DNA of 64,000 nucleotides from Eledone cirrhosa (taxonomy: Eukaryota): positions 8,184,001-8,248,000 of the forward strand of contig OZ024744.1 of the NCBI GenBank assembly GCA_964016885.1. Reading direction: 5' to 3'. A program made the position numbers and the translations under genes. The notes beneath the pieces are model-generated. The model ran no database searches, had not been told where the DNA came from, and saw only the letters and a list, made by a program, of their open reading frames with translations. The stretch's first letter is position 1, and each line of letters starts with the position of its first letter. Positions 55,001 to 64,000 of this stretch are shown in pieces.

Positions 55001-58000
55001 GTGGAATAGGTAGAGGGTGTGACACCATACTAGGGTGGTAGATTGGTAGTTTAGGTAGAGGGTGTGACACCATACGAGTGTGGTGCATTGGTAGTATTGG
55101 TAGAGGGTGTGACACCATAGTAGGGTGGTAGATTGGTAGTACAGGTAGAGGGTGTGACAGTACACTTGGGTGCTGGATTGGTAGTATAGGTAGAGGGTGT
55201 GACACCATACTAGGGTGGTGGATTGGTAGTATACGTAGAGAGTGTGACACCATACTAGGGTGGTAGATAGGTAGTATAGGTAGAGGGTGTGACACCATGT
55301 TAGGGTGGTTGATTGGTAGTATGGGTAGAGGGTGTGACACCATACCAGGTGGTGGATTGGTAGTATAGGTAGAGGGTGTGACACCATACTGGGGTGGTGG
55401 ATTGGTAGTATAGGTAGAGGGTGTGACACCATGTTAGGGTGGTTGATTGGTAGTATAGGTAGAGGGTGTGACACCATACCAGGTGGTGGATTGGTAGTAT
55501 AGGTAGAGGGTGTTACACCATACTAGGGTGGTGGATTGGTAGTATTGGTAGAGGGTGTGACACCATACTAGGGTGGTTGATTGGTAGTATAGGTAGAGGG
55601 TGTGACACCATACTAGGGTGGTGGAATGGTAGTATAGTGTGTGTGACCATACTAGGGTGGTGGATTGGTAGTAGTGGTAGGGGGCCTGACACCATACTAG
55701 GGTGGTGGATTGGTAGTATTGGTAGAGGGTGTGATACTATACTAGGGAGGTGGATTGACAGTATTGGTAGAGGGTATGACACCATACTAGCGTGGTGGAT
55801 TGGTAGTATTGGTAGAGGGTCTGACACCATACCAGGGTGGTAGATTGGTAGTATAGGTAGATGGTGTAACACCATACTAGGGTGGTGGATTGGTAGTATA
55901 GGTAGAGGGTGTGACACCATACTAGTGTGTTGGATTGGTTGTATTGGTAGAGGGTATGACACCATACTAGGGTGGTGGATTGGTAGTATTGGTAGAGGGT
56001 CTGACACCATACCAGGGTGGTAGATTGGTAGTATAGGTAGATGGTGTGACACCATACTAGGGTGGTGGATTGGTAGTATAGGTAGAGGGTGTGACACCAT
56101 ACAAGGGTGGTAGATTGGTAGTATTGGAAGAGGGTGTGTCACCATGGTAGGCTGGTGGATTGGTAGTATTGGTAGAGGGTGTGACACCATACTAGGGTGG
56201 TGGAGTGGTAGTATATGTAGAGGGTGTGACACCATACTAGGGTGGTAGGTAGGTAGTATAGGTAGAGGGTGTGACAACATATTAGGGTGGTGGATTGGTA
56301 GTATTGGTAGAGGGTGTGACACCATACAAGGGTGGTGGATTGGTAGTGTAGGTAGAGTGTGTGACACCATACTAGGGTGGTGGATTGGTAGTATAGGTAG
56401 AGGGTGTGACACCATGTTAGGGTGGTGGATTGGTAGTATTGGTAGAGGGTGTGACATCATACTAGGGAGGTGGATTTTTAGTATTGGTAGAGGGTGTGAC
56501 ACCATGTTAGGGTGATGGATTGGTAGTATAGGTAGAGGGTGTGACACCATACTAGGGTGGTGGATTGGTAGTAGTGGTAGGGGTCTTACACCATACTAGG
56601 GTGGTGGATTGGTAGTATAGGTAGAGGGTGTGACACCATGTTAGGGTGGTGGATTGGTAGTATAGGTAGTGGGTGTGACACCATACTAGGGTGGTAGATT
56701 GTTAGTATTGGTAGAGATTGTGACACCATACTAGGGTGGTGGATTGACAGTATTGGTAGAGGGTGTGACACCATGCTAGGGTGGTGGATTGGTAGTATAG
56801 GTAGAGGGTGTGACAACATGTTAGGGTGGTGGATTTGTAGTATTGGTAGAGGATGTGACACCAAACTAGGGTGGTGGATCGGTAGTATAGGTAGAGGGTG
56901 TGACACCATACTAGGTGGTGCATTGGTAGTATAGGTAGAGGGTGTGAAACCATACTAGGGTGGTAGATTGGCAGTATTGGTATAGGGTGTGACACCATAC
57001 TAGGGTGGTGGATTGGTAGTATTGGTAGAGGGTGTGACACCATACTAGTGTGGTGGATTGGTAGTATAGGTAGAGGGTGTGACACCATACTAGGGTGGTA
57101 GATTGGTAGTATAGGTAGAGGGTGTGACACCATGTTAGGGTGGTGGATTGGTAGTATTGGTAGAGGGTGTGACACCATACTAGGGTGGTGGATTGGTAGT
57201 ATATGTAAAGGGTGTGACACTATACTAGGGTGGTAGATTGGTAGTATTGGTAGAGGGTGTGTCACCATACTAGGGTGGTGGATTTGTAGTATTGGTAGAG
57301 GGTGTGACACCATGATAGGGTGGTGGATTGGTAGTATAGGTAGAGGCTGTGACAGCATACTAGGGTGGTGTAATGGTAGTATAGGTAGAGGGTTTGACAC
57401 CATACTAGGGTGGTGGATTTGTAGTATTGGTAGAGGGTCAGACAGCATGTTAGCATGGTGGATTGTTAGTATTGGTAGAGGGTGTGACACCAAACTAGAT
57501 TGGTAGTATTGGAAGAGGGTGTGTCACCATGGTAGGCTGTTGGATTGGTAGTATTGGTAGAGGGTGTGACACCATACTAGTGTGGTGGATTGGTAGTATT
57601 GTTAGAGGGTTTGACACCATACTAGGGTGGTGGATTGGTAGTATAGGTAGAGGTTTTGATACCATACTATGGTGGTGGATTGGTAGTATTGGTAGAGGGT
57701 GTGACAACATACTAGGGTGGTAGATTGGTAGTATAGGTAGAGGGTGTGACACCATACTAGGGTGGTGGATTGGTAGTATATGTAGAGGGTGTGACACCAT
57801 ACTAGGGTGGTGGATTGGTAGTATAGGTAGCGGGTGTGACACCATGTTAGGGTGGTGGATTGGTAGTATAGGTAGTGGGTGTGACACCATACTAGGGTGG
57901 TAGATTGTTAGTATTGGTAGAGATTGTGACAACATACTAGGGTGGTGGATTGACAGTATTGGTAGAGGGTGTGACACCATGCTAGGGTGGTGGATTGGTA

Positions 58001-61000
58001 GTATAGGTAGAAGGTGTGACAACATGTTAGGGTGGTGGATTGGTAGTATTGGTAGAGGATGTGACACCAAACTAGGGTGGAGGATTGGTAGTATAGGTAG
58101 AGGGTGTGACACCATACTAGGTGATGGATTGGTAGTATAGGTAGAGGGTGTGAAACCATACTAGTGTGGTAGATTGGCAGTATTGGTATAGGGTGTGACA
58201 CCATACTAAGGTGGTAGATTGGTAGTATTGGTAGAGGGTGTGACACCATACTAGGGTGGTGGATTGGTAGAGGGGTTGACACCATACTAGAGTGGTGGAT
58301 TGGCAGTATAGGTAGAGGGTCTGACGCCATACCAGGATGGTGGATTGGTAGTATAGTTAGAGAGTGTGACACCATACTAGGGTGGTAGATTGGTAGTATT
58401 GGTAGAGCATGTGACACCATACTAGGTTGGTGGATTGGTAGTATAGTTAGAGGGTGTGACCCCATACTAGGGTGGTGGATTGGTAGTATATGTAGAGGGT
58501 GTGACACCATGTTAGGGTGGTGGATTGGTAGTATTTGTAGAGGGTGTGACACCATACTAGGGTGGTGGATTGGTAGTATAGGTAGAGGGTGTGACACCAT
58601 ACTAGGGTGGTAGATTGGTAGTATTGGTAGAGGGTGTTCACCATACTAGGGTGGTGGATTGGTAGTATTGGTAGAGGGTGTGACACCATGTTAGGGTGGT
58701 GGATTGGTAGTATAGGTAGAGGGTGTGACACCATACTAGGGTGGTGGATTGGTAGTATAGGTAGAGGGTGTGACCGCATACTAGGGTGGTGTATTGGTAG
58801 TATTGGTAGAGGGTGTGACACCATACTAGGGTGGTGGATTGGTAGTATAGGTAGAGGCGGTGACACCATACTAGGTTGGTGGATTGGTAGTATTGGGAGA
58901 GGATCTGACACCATGTTAGGGTGGTGGATTGGTAGTATTGGTAGAGGGTGTGACACCATACTAGGGTGGTGGATTGGCAGTATAGGTAGAGGGTGTGACA
59001 CCATACTAGTATGGTGGATTGGTAGTATTGGTACAGGGTGTGACACCATGTTAGGGTGCTGGATTGGTAGTATTGGTAGAGGGTGTGACACCATACTAGG
59101 GTGGTGGATTGGCAGTATAGGTAGAGGGTGTGACACCATACTAGTATGGTGGATTGGTAGTATTGGTACAGGGTGTGACACCATGTTAGTGTGCTGGATT
59201 GGTAGTATTGGTAGAGGGTGTGACACCACATCAGGGTGGTAGATTGGTAGTATTGGTAGAGGGTGTGACACTATACTAGGGTGGTGGATTGGTAGTATTG
59301 GTAGAGGGTGTGACACCATACCAGGGTGGTGGATTGGTAGTATAGGTAGAGGGTTTGATACCATACTAGGGTGGTGGATTGACAGTATAGGTAGAGGGTT
59401 TGATACCATACTAGGGTGGTGGATTGGTAGTATAGGTAGAGGGTGCGACACCATACTAGGGTGGTGGATTGCTAGTATAGGTAGAGGGTTTGATACCATA
59501 CTAGGGTGGTGGATTGACAGTATAGGTAGAGGGTGCGACACCATACTAGGGTGGTGGATTGGTAGTATAGGTAGAGGGTGTGACACCGTGTTAGGGTGGT
59601 GGATTGGCAGTATAGGTAGAGGGTGTGACACCGTGTTAGGGTGGTGGATTGACAGTATAGGTAGAGGGTGTGACACCATACTCTAGTGGTGGATTGGTAG
59701 TATTGGTAGAGGGTGTGACACTATACTCGTGTATGGATTGGTAGTATTGGTAGAGGGTGTGAAAACATGTTAGGATGGAAGATTGGTAGTATAGGTAGAG
59801 GGTGTGACACCATACTAGGCTGGTAGATTGGTAGTATTGGTAGAAAATATGTCACCAAACTAGGGTGGTGGATTGGTAGTATAGGTAGAGGGTGTGACAC
59901 CATACTATGGTGGTGGATTGGTAGTGTACGTAGAGGGTGTGACACCATACTAGGCTGGTAGATTGGTAGTATCGGTAGAAAATGTGTCACCATACTAGGG
60001 TGTTGGATTGGTAGTATTGGTAGTGGGTCTAACACCATGTTAGGATGGTGGATTGGTAGTATTGGTAGAGGGTGTGACACCATACTAGGGTGGTAGATTG
60101 GTAGTATAAGTAGAGGGTGTGACACCATACTAGGGTGGTAGATTGGTAGTATTGGAAGAGGGTGTGTCACCATGGTAGGCTGGTGGATTGGTAGTATAGG
60201 TAGAGAGTGTGATACCATACTAGGGTGGTGGATTGGGTGTATTGGTAGAGGGTGTGACAGCATGTTAGGGTGGTAGATTGGTAGTATTGGTATAGGGTGT
60301 GACAACATACTAGGGTGGTAGATAGGTAGTACAGGTAGAGGGTCTGACACCATACTAGGGTGGTGTATTGGTAGTATATGTAGAGGGTGTGACACCATAC
60401 TAGGGTGGTGGATTGGTAGTATATGTAGAGGGTGTGACACCATACTAGGGTGGTGGATTGGTAGTATTGGTAGAGGTTGTGACACCATGTTAGGGTGGTG
60501 GATTGGTAGTATAGGTAGAGGGTGTGACACCATACTAGGGTGGTAGATTGGTAGTATAGGTAGAGGGTGTGACACCATACTAGGGTGGTGGATTGGTACT
60601 ATAGGTAGAGGGTGTGACACTATGTTAGGTTGGTGGATTGGTAGTATAGGTAGAGGGTGTGACACCATATCAGGTGGTTGTTTGGTGGAATAGGTAGAGT
60701 GTGTGACACCATACTAGGGTGGTAGATTGTTAGTATAGGTAGAGGGTGTGACACCATACTAGTGTGGTGGATTGGTAGTATTGGTAGAGGGTGTGACACC
60801 ATACTAGGTTGATAGATTGGTAGTACAGGTAGAGGGTGTGACAGTATACTTGGGTGGTGGATTGGTAGTATAGGTAGAGGGTGTGACACCATACTAGGGT
60901 GGTAGATTGGTAGTATTGGTAGAGGGTGTGACACCATACTAAGGTGGTGGATTGGTAGTATAGGTAGAGGGTGTGACACCATACGTGTGTGGTGGATTGT

Positions 61001-64000
61001 CAGTATTGGTAGAGGGTGTGACAGCATACTAGGTTGGTAGATTGGTAGTATAGGTAGAGGGTGTGACAGCATACTAGGGTGGTGGATTGGTAGTATAGGT
61101 AGAGGGTGTGACACCATACTAGGGTGGTAGATTGGTAGTATTGGAAGAGGGTGATTCACCATGGTAGGCTGGTGGATTGGTTGTATTGGTAGAGGGTGTG
61201 ACACCATACTAGTGTGGTGGATTGGTAGTATAAGTAGAGGCTGTGACACCATACTAGGGTGGTAGATAGGTAGTATAGGTAGAGGGTGTGACACCATGTT
61301 AGGCTGGGGGATTGGTAGTATAGGTAGAGGGTGTGACACCATACCAGGTGGTGTATTGGTAGTATAGGTAGAGGGTGTGACACCATACTAGTGTGGTGGA
61401 TTGGTTGTATTGGTAGAGGGTGTGACACCATACTAGGGTGGTGGATTGGTATTATAGGTAGAGGGTGTGACAGCATACTCTGGTGGTGGATTGGTAGTAT
61501 AGGTAGAGGGTGTGACACCATACGAGTGTGGTGGATTGACAGTATTGGTATAGGGTATGGCAGCATACTAGGGTGGTAGATTGGTAGTATAGGTAGAGGG
61601 TGTGACAGCATACTAGGGTGGTGGATTGGTAGTATAGGTAGAGGGTATGACACCATACAAGTGTGGTAGATTGGTAGTATTGGAAGAGGGTGTGTCACCA
61701 TGGTAGGCTGGTGGATTGGTAGTATAGGTAGAGGGTGTGACAGCATACTCTGGTGGTGGATTGGTAGTATAGGTAGAGGGTGTGACACCATACTAGTGTG
61801 GTGGATTGGTAGTATTGGTAGAGGGTGTGACACCATACTAGGTTGGTAGATTGGTAGTACAGGTAGAGGGTGTGACAGTATACTTGGGTGGTGGATTGGT
61901 AGTATAGGTAGAGGGTGGGACACCATACTAGGGTGGTAGATTGGTAGTATAGGTAGAGGGTGTGACACCATGTTAGGGTGGTGGATTGGTAGTATAGGTA
62001 GAGGGTGTGACACCATGTTAGGGTGGTAGATTGGTAGTATTGGTATAGGGTGTGACACCATACTAGGGTGGTAGATAAGTAGTATAGTTAGAGGGTCTGA
62101 CACCATACTAGGGTGGTGGATTGGTAGTATAGGTAGAGGGTGTGACACCATACTAGGGTGGTGGATTGGTAGTATAGGTAGAGGGTGTGACACCATACTA
62201 GGATGGTGGATTGGTAGTATTGGTAGAGGGTGTGACACCATACTAGGGTGGTGTATTGGTAGTATAGATAGAGGGTGTGACACCATACTAGGGTGGTAGA
62301 TTGGTAGTATAGGTAGAGGGTGTGACACCATACTAGGGTGGTAGATAAGTAGTATAGTTACAGGGTCTGACACCATACTAGGGTGGTGGATTGGTAGTAT
62401 AGGTAGAGGGTGTGACACCATGTTTGGTTGGTGGATTAGTAGTATAGGTAGTGGGTGTGACAACATATCAGGTGGTGGATTGGTGGAATAGGTAGAGGGT
62501 GTGACACCATACTAGGGTGGTAGATTGGTAGTTTAGGTAGAGGGTGTGACACCATACGAGTGTGGTGCATTGGTAGTATTGGTAGAGGGTGTGACACCAT
62601 AGTAGGGTGGTAGATTGGTAGTACAGGTAGAGGGTGTGACAGTACACTTGGGTGCTGGATTGGTAGTATAGGTAGAGGGTGTGACACCATACTAGGGTGG
62701 TGGATTGGTAGTATACGTAGAGAGTGTGACACCATACTAGGGTGGTAGATAGGTAGTATAGGTAGAGGGTGTGACACCATGTTAGGGTGGTTGATTGGTA
62801 GTATGGGTAGAGGGTGTGACACCATACCAGGTGGTGGATTGGTAGTATAGGTAGAGGGTGTGACACCATACTGGGGTGGTGGATTGGTAGTATAGGTAGA
62901 GGGTGTGACACCATGTTAGGGTGGTTGATTGGTAGTATAGGTAGAGGGTGTGACACCATACCAGGTGGTGGATTGGTAGTATAGGTAGAGGGTGTTACAC
63001 CATACTAGGGTGGTGGATTGGTAGTATTGGTAGAGGGTGTGACACCATACTAGGGTGGTTGATTGGTAGTATAGGTAGAGGGTGTGACACCATACTAGGG
63101 TGGTGGAATGGTAGTATAGTGTGTGTGACCATACTAGGGTGGTGGATTGGTAGTAGTGGTAGGGGGCCTGACACCATACTAGGGTGGTGGATTGGTAGTA
63201 TTGGTAGAGGGTGTGATACTATACTAGGGAGGTGGATTGACAGTATTGGTAGAGGGTATGACACCATACTAGCGTGGTGGATTGGTAGTATTGGTAGAGG
63301 GTCTGACACCATACCAGGGTGGTAGATTGGTAGTATAGGTAGATGGTGTAACACCATACTAGGGTGGTGGATTGGTAGTATAGGTAGAGGGTGTGACACC
63401 ATACTAGTGTGTTGGATTGGTTGTATTGGTAGAGGGTATGACACCATACTAGGGTGGTGGATTGGTAGTATTGGTAGAGGGTCTGACACCATACCAGGGT
63501 GGTAGATTGGTAGTATAGGTAGATGGTGTGACACCATACTAGGGTGGTGGATTGGTAGTATAGGTAGAGGGTGTGACACCATACAAGGGTGGTAGATTGG
63601 TAGTATTGGAAGAGGGTGTGTCACCATGGTAGGCTGGTGGATTGGTAGTATTGGTAGAGGGTGTGACACCATACTAGGGTGGTGGAGTGGTAGTATATGT
63701 AGAGGGTGTGACACCATACTAGGGTGGTAGGTAGGTAGTATAGGTAGAGGGTGTGACAACATATTAGGGTGGTGGATTGGTAGTATTGGTAGAGGGTGTG
63801 ACACCATACAAGGGTGGTGGATTGGTAGTGTAGGTAGAGTGTGTGACACCATACTAGGGTGGTGGATTGGTAGTATAGGTAGAGGGTGTGACACCATGTT
63901 AGGGTGGTGGATTGGTAGTATTGGTAGAGGGTGTGACATCATACTAGGGAGGTGGATTTTTAGTATTGGTAGAGGGTGTGACACCATGTTAGGGTGATGG
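49050..64000 (+). repeat. 7,482-bp near-identical tandem duplication (copy 1 49050-56531; copy 2 from 56532, truncated by the window end ~13 bp short of complete)
   Basis: ORFs from 49104 onward recur at +7482 (49104/56586, 50013/57495, 50965/58447, 52239/59721, 53674/61156, 55513/62995). The last bases of the window match 56479-56518. Confidence 0.97.

Larger units (their letters stand above)
1..64000 (+). repeat. Tandem satellite array, 45-bp monomer (consensus TGTGACACCATACTAGGGTGGTGGATTGGTAGTATAGGTAGAGGG), ~1,420 copies, extends past both window ends
   Basis: The monomer is visible on every line from base 1 to 64000 in the same orientation, typically with a few substitutions per copy. 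Common variants are GTGGA/GTAGA, TATAG/TATTG, TACTA/TGTTA and TTGGT/TTGAC. The ORF track shows the matching 15-aa periodicity (MVSHPLPILPIHHPS) throughout. Confidence 0.99.

Noticed and set aside
48-63987. All ORFs in the six-frame track as protein-coding genes
   Set aside because: They are translations of the 45-bp monomer on both strands and in overlapping frames. They switch frame at 44-bp monomers, have no unique N- or C-terminal domain, and their stops and frameshifts are copied through the HORs.
1-64000. CRISPR array or other repeat-spacer system
   Set aside because: There are no unique spacers: the whole 45 bp is repeated with scattered point variants. No leader or cas genes are present.
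1-64000. Canonical telomere tract
   Set aside because: TTAGGG/CTAGGG occurs only singly within a 45-bp unit. Monomers are heterogeneous and arranged in HORs, unlike telomerase-templated repeats.
1-64000. Diversity-generating or antigenic-variation cassette array
   Set aside because: No reverse transcriptase, recombinase, expression site or unique flanks are present. Variation is not adenine-specific and is explained by inherited substitutions copied in duplications.
1-64000. Transposon insertions, inversions, tRNA/rRNA genes, promoters or terminators
   Set aside because: I saw no non-satellite stretch or strand switch. The short dyads are parts of the monomer and lack U-tracts or gene context.
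1-64000. Synthetic or sequencing-artefact concatemer
   Set aside because: Variants are shared in nested, collinear, hierarchically diverged blocks, which is a pattern of evolutionary descent rather than random read error or rolling-circle copies. Only the 7,482-bp pair remains a possible assembly issue.

Overview
The whole 64 kb window is one uninterrupted, head-to-tail, single-orientation tandem satellite array of about 1,420 copies of a 45-bp monomer (consensus TGTGACACCATACTAGGGTGGTGGATTGGTAGTATAGGTAGAGGG; 18 G, 4 C, 11 A, 12 T; no CpG). The array runs off both ends of the window. I see no unique sequence, gene, RNA gene, transposon or CRISPR spacer. All listed ORFs are translations of the monomer: 45 is a multiple of 3 and several frames lack stops. 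The informative structure is in the variants. Diagnostic substitutions and indels reveal nested higher-order repeats (HORs): a ~3.3 kb tandem duplication (1.3-7.9 kb), a 3,370-bp-offset duplication with nested 134/269/809-bp units (12-16.5 kb), a variable 2.6-4.2 kb HOR array (20-41 kb), a 719-bp duplication (46-47 kb) and a near-identical 7,482-bp tandem duplication (49 kb to the end). The monomer has 9-bp substructure, two overlapping quasi-palindromes that recurrent variants perfect, and a strongly G-rich, telomere-like strand. It is most plausibly eukaryotic satellite or heterochromatic DNA; organism and function cannot be determined from the sequence. Offsets were read by eye from marker variants and the ORF track, so boundaries are approximate.
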